Assembly: GCA_001599295.1 (NCBI GenBank)
Contig: BCGN01000007.1
Coordinates: forward strand, 12,433 to 76,432
Origin: Sporopachydermia quercuum
Taxonomy: Eukaryota
Reading direction: 5' to 3'
Length of the DNA stretch: 64,000 nucleotides
Shown: positions 21,707-36,700 of the stretch, piece by piece
Layout of the letters: every line of letters starts with the position of its first letter
How positions within the stretch are numbered: the first letter of the stretch is position 1
Notes under the pieces: model-generated
Seen by the model: only the letters and a program-made list of their open reading frames with translations
What the model was told of the DNA's origin: nothing
Database searches by the model: none
Position numbers and translations under genes: made by a program

Positions 21707-23939
21707 TTGATCCGAATGGTTCCGGATTGCCGGGTTCTATGTTTCAGGTTCCGTTTGAGAACGGCTGAGTGAGAATACCGACAAGATTAGTGCAGCACAA
21801 AAAAATAAGATTTATGTGATAGATGAGAATGAAAAAGATGTGTTCCGAAACAGTTGGAAGTAACAACTCAGAAAAGTAGTATAGCAAACTCTGAGTAATA
21901 CCGAAAACTTCGAAAGTTCAGTTGCCGTGTTTCAAACCAGCAGAAAGTAATCGATTGTTTCCGCTTGTTATGCCACTAGCAGCGTCCTTGAAATACAACT
22001 CTACTGATAGTCTTCTGATGTTTTCAATGTTTTCTGATTTTCTTCCAAGTTTTTTGTTCTTCATATAAACAACGTATCCGAAATTTGACAATCTCTGACT
22101 TTCTCACTTCCAATCTTTCTTTTCTTTTCCTATTTTCTCCTATCCTTAGCTATCCTACGCTGACCTACCGTTGCTCTAATTGCTTTCTGGCCAGATGATT
22201 ACCGTTTTATCTAGTAAGCTTCCTCTACCAAAACTACCATACAAAAGTTTCCCCTTTAGTATCCTTTACAGCCTGTAAATTGACAATAAATAGCAACATT
22301 TAATCGTCCTTCCTGATAGGCAACAACTGAAAAGAATAACAAAGGAGAGAATGTGCGAAGAGGATGGAAATAACAAAAAGTTACAATGAGCCATGAAAGA
22401 AATGAAAGAGATACAAAGTCCGAATTGGGGTGTACGGAAAAGAAACATGTAGAGATTTCTGTATGAGATGTATGAGCAGAGAAGATGTGATAATGTACGG
22501 AGGGGGTGAGTCAAGAGAGAAATAGAGAGAAGGGAAGGAAAAGTGAGAAAAGGATATTTTAAATGATATGAAAACTGGAAATTTGTAAAAATGGAGGATT
22601 GGGTACTGAAAATGACAATATTTTAAGAAATATAATCTGAAAGAATGTATAAAATGGATATTTTGAGTGATTATTACTATAGATGAGGAATAATACTTGT
22701 GTGGAGAATAATCCCTTTGAAAACTTGGTTTGGAAGGGAATACAGGAGACTGGAAGATTTTCGCTTGATTTACTAGTGACAAAAGTCTAAACACGTCATT
22801 TTAAGAATTGCCTCAAGTTTATTGAAGGTGATTTAAAACATGAAATTAGTAGGAACAAGAGCTGGTTTATAGTGGACTTTCTTTGCAATCGGAATATTGC
22901 TAGGCTGCGAGCGTTTGTATGGGATTCCTTGAAAGGCGAAAAGCTATTAAATAAGGTTGGGGATTATTTGTTGTTTTCCTGATTAGGGTTCAACCGAACT
23001 TTTTTTACTACGTACATGAAAAGAGCTGCATGAATTAAGTATGAATTACGCATGTGAAATACATAACTTGTGCATGAGAGTTACATTGAAATCATTATTA
23101 AATATATACAACATGGTAATATAGATTCAGTGGTTACTATCAAATCTTGTTTTCCAAGACAAGCCTCATATTAATGTTACTAGTTGATTTAAAACTTTGG
23201 TTTTAGCTACATATAATATCGTCTGATCTGCTGTTTTCATATCATTATTCAATTCCCTGCTACTGCTAATACTCAACGTCTCATTTCAGATTTCCCAGAG
23301 TTGATATTGAGACCGATAGTTACATGCTCCAGAACAACTCTTCCACTGGATGAACGTTACATGTGCATGGACTGAAAAACACTAAATTTGTTGAAAGTTC
23401 GGTTAATTTAATTATTTATATTTCAATCCCCTTTCTTCAGTATTGTACATAATCAAAAAATATTAGCTTTTGTCATTTCTAATAGGTATTCACCTTCTGA
23501 ACCTTACCACCTCTCATCCTCACTNCTACCCACGACTAAAATATTCACTACTAAACTTTCTACAAGTGTAATTTATGTACCACTTCTTAGGGGGAGAGTC
23601 TCAATACCAGTATTTTCGCGAGGAACAAAGAAAATTTCATTTCTGTGCACACTTTTTCCCATACAAACGGGAAAGCATCTTTCGGCATTCGGATGTTCTA
23701 TCTGACATTCCACGCTTCAGATCGCCATAGAACGGAACCAGAATAAGAAATTGACCTTTTAGAATCGGAACTGCCAATTGATTGATCCGCAGAATATCTA
23801 ATTCAGCTATTTCTCTTGCCGTTATTCTCAGCGCATCAGTTCACATAACGACCGAGCACAACGGTCACATACCTGTTTCTATTGCTCCACAATCCTATAC
23901 GAGAATAACTACCACATTTCCATCTACATCATTTCATAA

Positions 23940-25322
<1,383 letters not shown>

Positions 25323-25742
25323 GGTTCTGATCGGCACATATTGCCGATGAGGTTTGGCCGAATAAAACCTTAAATTAAGGCCGGATTTAGCATGAGGGTA
25401 AAGCTTAATTTGGGCTATGGGTGAATGTGATTTGTGCTACAGTAGGTACCCCATCGTCTACTTTTGGTAATCTTATTTCCCAATTGTAAAGCGGTTACAG
25501 TAATTAAGGTTAATATTATCTTCAGGTTCCTCTAATTGAGGGTTTTGTCGCTTATACTTAAACCTAAACTAATGATATCGGGTCGAGCTTAGTCGAAATC
25601 CAACTCAAATCAACCCTACTTAAGCAATTCAGTCAATAATAAATCAAAACTCTAATTAACTCAAACTTTTCTCGCAATTAGTCTAAAAACCAGAAACCTT
25701 AGTTAAGACTCTCGAGCTTTTACTCACTTCTTAATAATAATC

Positions 25743-28613
25743 TCAAATCTGTGGCACTGCTGCGCCATCTCCTCTTTGATCGCTTCCTGCACTATATACT
25801 CTCTTGGGTTTATATTCAGTCCCAAGATTGTGGCCTCGGATAACTTGTCCTCCTATAGTTAAGGTTGGTTAGTCAGTAGTCAGTATTATAGTCATAGTTA
25901 ATTAAAACATAATAACAACCTATCACGTAATCAGATGCGCCACAGTTCAGTAGAATGATTCACCGATTTACCGTATTTTGTACTTACTTCCAAACATATC
26001 TCGCTTATTTCCAGTAAGCAAAGTCACCCGATGTCCTAATTCTTTCAACTGCGCCTCAACCTCACTACTGAAACCTTCCTCAATAGCTATAACAGTGGCG
26101 TCTCCAGAAACTGGCCCGGCGGTTCCGGTGGCTCGGACTTCCGAGTTTTCCGAGAAAAGACAGATCCTTGGAGCGTCTAACGCGATTTGAGGATTCCAGC
26201 CGTATTTAACTATATTGAGGAATACTTGAACATGACCTTGAGGCTGCATGAAGCCACCCATTACACCGTAAGAGGCAAAAAGATTACCATTTTCGGTAAT
26301 CATCGCGGGGATAATAGTCTAGAGAGTGGAATGTTAGCTAAAAGAGGAATATTATGGTTTAAATGGGTGATTTCGGCGAAAGAAATGGATTTAACGAGTT
26401 TCAAATGAGACCAGATAAGGTGAAACGAATCCAAAGTAGGATAAATATTCCCAATTGGGTTCAATTCTACCAAAACTCAAGTAAACTGAATATTCAAGTN
26501 GAGTCATTTTGTTCCTAATTGAGCACACTGTCACTTTTAAACCCGTAAGCTTTTACCCAAACCAACCCTAATTCCTCCATTTCCGCTTCTGTTTCCACTT
26601 CTGTTTCCACTTCTGTTTCCACTTCTATTTCCAGATCAAACTTTAACTTACTTGATACGGCCGCTTGCCGCCTTCTAAAGAGTTCGCTAAACCTTCCGTC
26701 AAGGCAAAATTATGCCCCCGATTATTCAACGCAAAGCCACACTCATCAGGGATAATTGCACTGCCAAACAACCCGAAAACGGAATTGATGAAAGAGCAAG
26801 CGTTACCGTCCGAGTCGGCAACAGTGAAATAACATGTATCGGATTTGTTGACCGGGCTTGGAATACCATAACTCAAATCGGAATTGGCCTGGTTAGGGTT
26901 GAACTTTGCCGCTTGGCTAGCTAAGTACCTTTCCGACAATAACTCCGATAAAGGAATCTCAGCAAAATCCATATCGCCGATATACCGGTCCGCATCACGG
27001 AAAGCTAACTTCAGCGCTTCCGTGATCACGTGAATATACTCGGCTGAATTATGCTTTATTGTTCCGAAATCTACAGTTCCAGTCTTCTCCAACTCCCGGA
27101 TTATGCCCAGNGTTAACAAAGCCACTAAGCCTTGGCCGTTGGGCGGAATCTCCCAAATGTCTAAATTTCCGTACGTGAGTTTGATAGGGTCTACAAATGT
27201 AGAGGTATGGGATTTTAGGTCTTCCAGAGAAAGAAGACCCCCGTTTTCGGAGACGGCTTTAACAATGGCTTCGGCAGTTTTTCCCTCATAGAAACCGGCT
27301 TTACCCGCCTTAGCAATCCGTTTATAGACTTCGGCTAATTGGGGGAAAGCAATTATCTCTCCGGGATCCGGAGTCTTGGATTTATTAGTAAAAAACACGT
27401 TTCCGTTACGGACTTCTTTTAGTTTACTTTCCGCACGTGACCACTGCATTTATTGTTAGTGTGAGGATGAGGGTGAGGAATGAAGAATGTATTCCTCCTC
27501 TCGAACCAAAAATCCGTCATTCTTTCTGGAATAACTAAAGACATTACTTACTAATTCAGCACTAACGGCACTAATTGGAGCACCATTTTCAGCTAATTCA
27601 ATCACTGGTCTAAATATAAGTTAATACACAATGAGAGAAGTTATAATAAACATAAGGAAGTAAGGAAAGTAGGAACTCAATAACTTTTGATTATTTGAAC
27701 AAAGAAAACAATGTAAATGCTAATAGTTAGAATGTAGCATAAGCACAGCAGAAGTAAAGATGCATTCCAGTAGTGACTGTTTTCTAATAGCATAATATCA
27801 TAAAGTATGCATAACCTGCTATTGTCATTCTCTATTGTAACACTTCTGCTTATTCAGCAATAGCTTTTAACAACTTTTCTATCATTTTCTTTTCTATTAG
27901 CACTGATTTTCAGATACTTGAATTTCGCCAACCTTCGGAAATTTTCATTTTCTAGGTTTTCGCTTCACTTTGCTGTCTAGCAACATTCCTACCAAAACAT
28001 ATACATACTCTAATATTTCACCAATTGTTAACTTGCCATTGCCCCATCTTTCAATCGCATCAATCCAACCTGCAACAGCTCCCGGGACACCAACAGCATG
28101 TCCACTATATAATGGCACAAAATTATCCTTAATCCCTTCTTCCCGAAGCTTTTTAATGCTCACTGCTTTAGCTGATCTTCCACAGCCATTGATACCTTGA
28201 ACTGACTTATCTTCAGCAGAATAGAACAAAGCAAACATATCACCGCCGGGACCAGTCATATGAGGCTCCAAGAAGGCCAAACAAGCAGCAACAGCAACAG
28301 CAGCCATCTAGAAAGATGAAATAGGCTTTATTAGTAAATCTATGGTGAAAGGACAAAATGGCATTCTAAGAGCTAGGACACTCAAGTCAGAGATCAGAGA
28401 GGTTTAGGACATCTCGGATGCCCCGCAAAGCTCGGCAAGACCCCAATTCTGCCACATTTTACAAAATTTTATCAAAATCACACTTACAACCGAATTCCCG
28501 CCTTTCTCAAGCACTTTTAAACCTGCTGCTGTTGCCAATGGCTGTGTGGAGCATACCATGCCTTTAGTGGAATGAACCACCGATCTTCTTGACCCAAATC
28601 CACCGTTTTCCAT
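25743..28613 (-). CDS. Gamma-glutamyltransferase, YwrD-like Ntn hydrolase, 571 aa; exons 28613-28488, 28307-28009, 27609-27552, 27443-26652, 26318-25988, 25852-25743
   Basis: Five GT-AG introns join into one 1716-nt frame: SRRSVV..GMV..TQPLA, EP.MTG.GGD.F, FYEG, WEIPPNGQG, catalytic DT(CYF)..D.DGNA.SFINS, GVMGGFMQPQGH and GSD.RGDG. No N-terminal transmembrane anchor. Confidence 0.9.
26580..26633 (+). repeat. 12-bp minisatellite (TTTCCACTTCTG) x~4.5 in GGT intron 4
   Basis: Read directly from the sequence. Confidence 0.85.
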
Positions 28614-28824
28614 TCTTTTTCTAGCGTTTAAAAGGTCAATTGGCTTCCCACGGGTTATTGTGTTTATTCAGTTGCTTGAAGTCTAATTTATTGTCCTTCA
28701 GCATATAATAAATAACTATTGATATGTTTGTTGTAGGCAAGGACAAGGGGATAAAATAACCACGAGATGAAATGAGAAAATGCGGTGGAAGTATGATGAT
28801 ATTTAGGAGAGAATTTCGGAGAAG

Positions 28825-28850
28825 ATGAGTCACAATCATGAGTCACGTGA
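28825..28850. promoter_or_regulatory. Two ATGAGTCAC (Gcn4/AP-1 type) sites, the second overlapping GTCACGTGA (Cbf1 type E-box)
   Basis: ATGAGTCACAATCATGAGTCACGTGA, 212-237 nt upstream of the GGT ATG. Confidence 0.6.
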
Positions 28851-29792
28851 TTTGAGATTATAAGGTTTCTTGGTAAAAATTATGAGTTTTGGCTGAGCAG
28901 TTGAGAGTGAAAATCAGTCGGCTATTTGAGTAGTACTTAAGAGTATGGAAAGTGTTTTATTTAAAACAAATGAGAGAGTGTGTGGAAAAGTCGATTGTTT
29001 GGTTGGTGGTATATAAGTAGTGGTTTCTGAGGTTTGAAGATAGTTTCCAATATTCATCAAATGATTACGTAATAATAATAGTAGAAATACTCCTGGGAAT
29101 AAGGAAGGGGAAGACCTGAAGACTAAATTTATAAGAATCATAACTAATGATGAGGTAAACGTTAAATATATTGGAAGGAACGCTATAAAGGAAGACATGA
29201 AAAAGCTACAGTAAGCTGGAGAAAACTACCAGAAAACTTGAAAATAGGTAGATTTTGCTCTAATCTAAACATTTCAAGCTTCCTGACTTTCCCTTCCTGG
29301 TTTCAATCTACCGAATGTCACCAAAGACACCTCAGGTCTCCACATATCTTCCCCTTCCATCTGCCATACCAATCACTCACGACATCATCAAACTCCCTTC
29401 CTGCAGCCGTTAGAGCAAAACCAATAACTCAACTCAAATTTCTTACTCTTTTAACGAGTAACTGACATATTTTCACCTTGCAAAAATACTTAAATTACCA
29501 AAAACACTGCCATTCATTGAACCTATAAGGGACTAACTCNTTGTCCCATAACCCACTACTGGTTTCCCTTGCAAGCGTACCTTTCATATGGCCAGAACAC
29601 CCCCTAGTAGTAAAACCACAACACGTCAAATAGACAAACAGCCCATCGGTCAACTGCCACACATACAAACGGGCTACAACCCATCGGAACATCCGAACGG
29701 AACCAATTGTATGTTTCAGCGGCTACTAATCCATCATTTGTATTAAGCGGATACTTTCGAAGATTCAAATCTGTCCGTTTACCTTGCCGAAA

Positions 29793-31960
29793 ATGTCGTT
29801 TACTAAATCATTACTTGATTTTCAAGTTGGTACGTATTGTAAGCCAAATGTGTAATGCCAGGAGCTATTAGCGGGAAGAATATCGGAGTTTGTTGATTCA
29901 ACTAATTCAGATCATAATCTGAATTGGCCTGAACCGTCTCAAAGGTCCCAGAAGGACTTTCTAAAGGCCCCGAAAGGCCTCGAAAGGAGTTGGAAATATC
30001 GGATCTATCATCTACTAATACTAACCTTATTTTTCCTTCACTAGCGGCTATCGAGCGGATGCTCAACCTCAACAAATCGGCCCCTTCGGACCAGAAATCG
30101 GAAGAATCGTCAGATCCAGTATGGAAAGTCCTTGTGTTCGATCAACAGGGCAGAGACATCATTTCTTCCGTTTTACGGGTCAACGATTTGTTCAAATGCG
30201 GAATTACCATGCATATGATGCTCAACTCGGAGCGGTTCCACATTCCAGACGTCCCAGCTGTGTACTTCATTTCTCCGACTTCCGAAAACCTGAAACAAAT
30301 CTCCCACGACTTGGCTTCAAGCTTATACGATTCTGCCTATATAAACTTCACCTCTTCCATCGCAAGACCTTTATTAGAGGAATTTGCCAGCCAGAATACT
30401 ATCACAGCTCAATTTATCAAGCAAGTATATGATCAGTATCTTAGCTTTGTTGTTACGGAACCAAATATCTTCTCATTAGAACTGCCAAATACTTATTCAT
30501 TATTGGGGAACCCCAAAGTTCAAGAAGAAGATATTGAAAAGCAAGTGGAAAAGATTGTGAATGGNTTGTTCTGTGTAGTGGTGACTATGGATCAGATGCC
30601 TATTATCCGATGTCCTCGAGGAAATGCAGCAGAGCTTGTAGCACAAAAATTAGACCAGCGGCTAAGAGATCACCTGGCCAATACACGAGGTCGGTTCAAT
30701 TCGGNGGGGGCTAATCCGGCAGCTTCCGGAACGGGAACTTCTTCTAGTTTACAGCGACCTGTTTTGATTATTCTAGACCGAATTATTGATTTGTCATCTA
30801 TGTTTTCTCATTCTTGGACTTATCAATGTATGATCAACGACGTGTTGAGAATGGAGCGGAACAGAATTTCCGTTGTCATGGAAGAAACCGGAACTGGAAG
30901 CGGAATCAACAAAACTACCAAGACTTACGATTTGGAACCCCACGATTTCTTCTGGGCCAAAAATGCTAATAAACCATTCCCAGAAGTAGCAGAAGACATT
31001 GATTTGGAACTCGAAAAGTATAAAACAGAAGCCAAACAGCTAACGCAAAGCACAGGAATCTCCAGTATGAACGATCTTTCTTCATTGGATCCATCTTCAA
31101 ACGCTCATAATTTAAAATTAGCAATTACCGCTTTACCAGAGTTAACAGCAAGGAAAGCTACCATAGATATGCATATGAACATTGCTACAGCTTTGCTTAA
31201 GGGTATCAATGATCGTGGATTAGATATATTCTTTGAGTTAGAAGAATCGTTCACCAAGCAAACAAAGAAAGCTATTTTAGATGCGGTTAACAATACGAAA
31301 TATCAACCAGAGGATAAAGTAAGAATGTTCTTAATCTTCTATATAACTACAGAAAATATACCAGCCGGCGATCTGCAAGAATATGAAAAAGCTCTAGAAG
31401 CCCAAGGCTGTGATATGAGCCCTGTTAAGTATATAAAGAAGGTTAAAGAGGTAACCAAGCTTACTNTCTTAAGTAGCAATTCTGATAGAAATAATCCTTC
31501 TCAATCAACATCAACCGGTGGAGATTTATTTAAAGGATTTTCTGGATTATCAAGCAAATTAACATCTGGATTGAAAGATGGAAGATTAACTGAAGGATTC
31601 TCTTCTTTGATTAGTGGAGTTAAGAATCTACTGCCAGCTAGAAAAGATTTGCCTATAACCCAAGTGGTTGAGTCAGTGATGGACCCTAATGTTTCATCTG
31701 GATCATCTACAGAAGATTATCTCTATTTTGATCCTAAAGCCACTCGAGGGTCTCATACGAGATCAGTCAGAAAGCAGTCACATGACGATGCAATTGTATT
31801 CCTGGTAGGAGGTGGTAACTATTTAGAATATGGTAATTTACAGGAATGGGCATCAAAAGGTCCTAATGGACCTCACGGTAGAAGAGTTGTTTATGGTAGT
31901 ACATCTATATGTACAGCCCATGATTTTGTTCAAGAGTGTGCAGTGTTAGGCCAAAGTTGA
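29793..31960 (+). CDS. SLY1: Sec1/Munc18 family protein Sly1; exons 29793-29829, 30045-31960
   Basis: SL.D.Q..AI.RML.LN, WKVLVFD, SSVLRVNDL, PDVPAVYF, RPVLIILDR and VGGGNY.EY. Intron 29830-30044 reads GTACGT...TACTAAC...TAG. Confidence 0.95.
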
Positions 31961-33776
31961 GTTATATAATCAACAATGTATATAGGAAGAAGCTTCTATA
32001 TAAGAGTTTTAATTACAAGTTGAATAAAATGATACTTTTGATGTTTAATGTAAATAATAGCCAGGAAGAGCAGAAACAGAAAGAGCATAGCACATGATAT
32101 CCTGAGGGTATTCGGGAGACTTTTAAAATTATTGAGGGGGTATACGTGTGATAGATAAAATGATAAAAAGGACCGACTTATTCAGTCGTTGTTCCTTTGA
32201 AGATTAAAAGCATAGTGGTGAAAAATGATGACTAAGAATCGAGATTTGAATTACTTCTGTGCATAAGAAATTGAAGTGTTAGTGATTGGAAACAACCATT
32301 CATAAGTGGTTTAATATGTATTACTAACAGAAGAAGATAAATGGGGTTTTAATCGAGAAATAAAGTTTAAATGGAAATAAGGTTTTATGCACTTCGCTAA
32401 AGAATGCATTAATGTACATAAATGTGACGAGCTTTAGCAACGTGATAGCTGTAAGTGAATGAAGAAAATAGGTAATTGAAGGAGAAATTGATTTAGTAAA
32501 AACTCAGAGCAAGTACTCAGCTTAGAGAGGAATTAATTCGGAAAAAAAATAAAAATTTTCTCGAAATGTCTCAATAATCTTTATATATCGATTAATTGTT
32601 AAATAGCTTTGATTTAACTTCCAGCATTAGACGATAGTTTGCATTAAACTTGCATATTACATTATGAACCTTAAACTGTGATAAGCGCTATGCATGATAT
32701 GTCATATTGAGAGATTTTCTATTTGCAATGTGATATTGAAACCAACTGTGCTATTTTAGATATTTGTATTATAAATATCAAGAAATGAGCATGGTTTTCA
32801 ACAATTTATAGACATTGAAATTTTTCAAAGTTAGGAATATTGTTTTTAGTTGATGGAGTTTTTAGTGTGAGCAATTTTTTGAACTTAACCAAATTGGCTA
32901 ATGATTCTCCCAATCTAATAAACCTTATTTTATTTGCAATGAGAGTTAAACTATGGTCTTTTTTGACCAGTCACTGTGCAAGTAACATAATTGATGAAAA
33001 AGCTAGAAATCTCTAACAAAATAACTGTATAATTAAAGAGTCATTTAATTCACTTTACGAAATATTCAAAAAACAACATTTCTCACTCTTCAGCCCATTA
33101 CAGCTCACCAGTTAATCCCTTTTCGCATTACATCACATCTCACTCTATCTGAAAATTTAAAGTTTACGACAATCTTATGCACAGCCCTGCATTAACCGTA
33201 GCCATGCATATAACCGTCTGAGCTTATCTCAGTAATTATTCATCTTGTCTTTTCATTCCTTTCTCATCCTTTCTTATCCTCTTTCTCTTTCTTTCTTTTT
33301 TTATTCACACGAAATAGAAATATTTGGCCGAGAAAAGGAGAAAGACTGATTTTTCTGTTTTAATTGGATTTATATGGTGCTTTCTTGGTTTGCTATTGCT
33401 AAAGACCAATCATAACTGTTTCACTACCACTATTAGTACCTACTCTATTATAAGCTACACTTCAGCTACACTATACCTAGCCACATTGTACACTCACTAC
33501 ACTACGCTGTTTGACAAATTGAACAACAACTACTACAGAATATAACATAACCCTTCCAACTGAAATTTGATTTTCCATTCTATTTTGATACAAGCTTTCA
33601 AGTAACCCAATTCCCCACATCAGGGCAATTCCTCCAATTTAGCAAATGACCCAATCTATGATATAACATATACTATTCTTGTCTAAGAGTTCTATGATCT
33701 CAGAGTACAACTTTCCCTTCAAGCTTCAGCAACTATACAAACACAAGCAGTACTATCAACAATCACAAACAGATCA

Positions 33777-36700
33777 ATGATGAACAAGACACAGGCACCA
33801 AACAGCAGAGACACGAACTCCACTATTGGTATTAGCCTGCCATCACCAATAACTAATCCTGGAGAAAGTTCTACTGATAGTCCTATTACCGTCACTGGAA
33901 ACAGCAGTCACAGATCCAGTGAGTCAAGTGAAAAACCACCTGAAACCCAAACGAAGAAACGGAGTGGATCCGTTTTGCGAACTGCTGTGTACCAGAGATC
34001 TCGGTTCGGGTGTCTGACATGTCGGAAACGGAAGAAGAGATGCTCGGAATCCAAACCGAAATGTGAAGACTGTACCCGGTTGAATCTAAGATGCGAATGG
34101 CCGGAGCCTGGTACCGAGCGACGGAATAAAAAGAAAAGATTGAACTCCGATATAGCGAATTTACCAAATTTCCCTCTTGGAGCGTGGAATTATCCTTGGA
34201 ATGTCCCGTGGAATGTATCAATGCTTCCGAATGGCCTTACGACAGGCGTTACCAACGGCTTTTCGAACGCACAGTCTATCCCGGGCTTCCATCAGTTCAT
34301 TGCAAACTATCACAATCATCATCAACAACACAGCCAGCATCAAAATTATCCCATTTACAACGGAAGCCCTATGAAACCTTTCCCTGGTTTACATCAACAA
34401 CACAACATTTTGAACATCAATTCTAACTCGAATACAAATGANAATATTCCCTTTGGCCCCAATCTTCCTTCGTTTGAGCTCCCAAGTAGGAGTGGTACTG
34501 GCTCTCCTGACAACAGCAATGCCCTTTCACGATCATCCACTATGTCAGCAATGATGCCAATGTTTATGCCTTTAATGTCTTCCCAAGGTTACATGTATCA
34601 AATGGCCAATGGAATTAGTGCACAGGCTCCAATTACTGAATATCCAATTCATAGAAGCGGCAGCAACTATCAGAGAAGGAATCATTTTACGCCTAACAAT
34701 ATGAGGAGATCGGTATCGGAACAGGGCATAAGAACCGGTTTTGATATTATGGAGGAGATGAAAAATTTACCAGTGGATAACAACGTAATACCAGAGATTT
34801 TAGGGACTTCGGAACCATTGGCACAGGCGAGGGAACTCGAATCAACAAGCTCGGATGGTAATGCAGGAAATCTACTAAATGGGGAATCTCTAGCCGAAGC
34901 TTTAGTCGACCAATCGGGTGAAATTGACTTTGGAATCTCATCCCCCTCCACAGTTTCCCTGTTTGATTTTTCCACACCCACTTCCACCTCCACCGGTACT
35001 AACATTGATACTACCGTTACAAACTCTGGTACTACGTTAGACGCATCATCGGCACCCATCAGTATTGATAATAATAACAAATCTCTAGCTTTGTTTGATC
35101 AAGTTCAAGATCTTAATAAGCTTATATCTATTATATTCAACGGCCATAACGTATTTAACCCCGAGAGAGAGGGTTTTCAATCAGGCTGGAATTGGAATTT
35201 GTTCCAGAACCGTGAGGTTCCTGAGCTTTTGGGTAGTGAACATGATGACAGTAATACTAGCAATAATATAAATAATCCTGCCAATGGTAGACGTAAATTT
35301 CAATTGGCATATTACAATTCTTCTACTAGCACGAGCAAATTTGGTACTGGCAGCAAATTCAACGTTTTGCGATTCATTGAACATCTCAAATGCAAAGTTA
35401 TCCTTTCTAAACAACAGCAAGACCTGTCATTCACTCAATTAAAACTGTTTCAAGACGTTGAAGTAACCAACGAGGTGAGCTATTTGCTCTCTTATTATAA
35501 AGATAAACTTGTATGGGATTTCTGCGTTATTCCTAAAGGAACAGGCACGAATCAATTCATTGATATGGGGTTCCGATTTGCAGCTCATGATCCTTCGGCT
35601 TTATATGCGTTAATAGCATGTTCAGCTTACTGGGCAGATTTACCTGAACGAGGAGATTTCTACTACCAAAAGGCTCTGAAACTAGCTTCGAGCGATTCTG
35701 ATGCAATTCGCAATAGCAAGAGCAATGGNACAAGTTTTGGTGACAATGATAATGATGGTCCTGATGATGAAGGTTTCAATGGCAATGACAATACAGGTAG
35801 TCATAGAAATAGTAGCGCAAATTCTAGTGATCAGCTTCTCCTTTCAGGGAAACAGCTAAATGTGCCAAGATTGCTAACATATCTTATGCTGGCAGTATCA
35901 CATCTACTCAATGGAACTATCTCTGGTTGGTATACTCTTATGACAGAGGCTGCTAATGCAATTAATAAATCATGCTCATTTTATAATGGTGAATTGAAAC
36001 AGTTGATGAAAAATGTTCCAGGTTTGCAATGGTTGATCCGATTATTCATTTATCTTGAATTAACGTCCAATGCTTTACCAAGTGGATTATTGCTATCGAA
36101 TGGGCTCTACTCCGAATGTATGGATTATAACCAAATAGAGGAAGTTAATGAATCCAATGCTATTGATTCTGATCCTTTCATTGGCTTCTGTATGCCATTG
36201 TTTTCAATATTTGCTGAAGTATGTGAAGAAGCGAAAATGGTGTCGACACTTTCTTCTAGCCATGAATTAGATAAAGAATCATTCATTGATATTGAAAGCG
36301 TAAGACAAAGGTTTAGAAAAGGAATGGATTTTCCTGAGAATAACGGAAATTGTAATCCAGATGACAACGACTCGTCAGTTTCCTCCAGAAATACATTTGA
36401 TCAAACGTTCCAAACCGACGATACATTTGATGAACTGGAGCTTAGCAATAATAATTATGTTTCTATGCAAATGCCAACGACAAGGACAAGAGACCCAGCT
36501 AATATCACAAACACGAATACTATATCACCATTTGCCGATAAAAACAATCATTATAAAATTGGAAGCGAAATCGATTCAACCATTCAGAAGGCAAATGAAC
36601 TGCAAATGAGGGTCAAGCAGTGTTTACCAGCGCAAGGATTATATCATCATAATCAAGAGCAGATAGAAATCCAAGTTTCGTTTTTCAGAGTGTTTCAACT

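Noticed and set aside
22266..22794. Hydrophobic F/S/L-rich ORFs between HST4 and RVB1
   Set aside because: They arise from pyrimidine-rich promoter/UTR sequence and have non-ATG starts.
29253..29420. 11-bp inverted repeat TTTTGCTCTAA/TTAGAGCAAAA enclosing minus-strand TGATGA...CTGA (MITE or C/D snoRNA?)
   Set aside because: No target-site duplication, no second copy in the window, and no recognisable rRNA guide or terminal stem. It needs Infernal/snoscan to revive.
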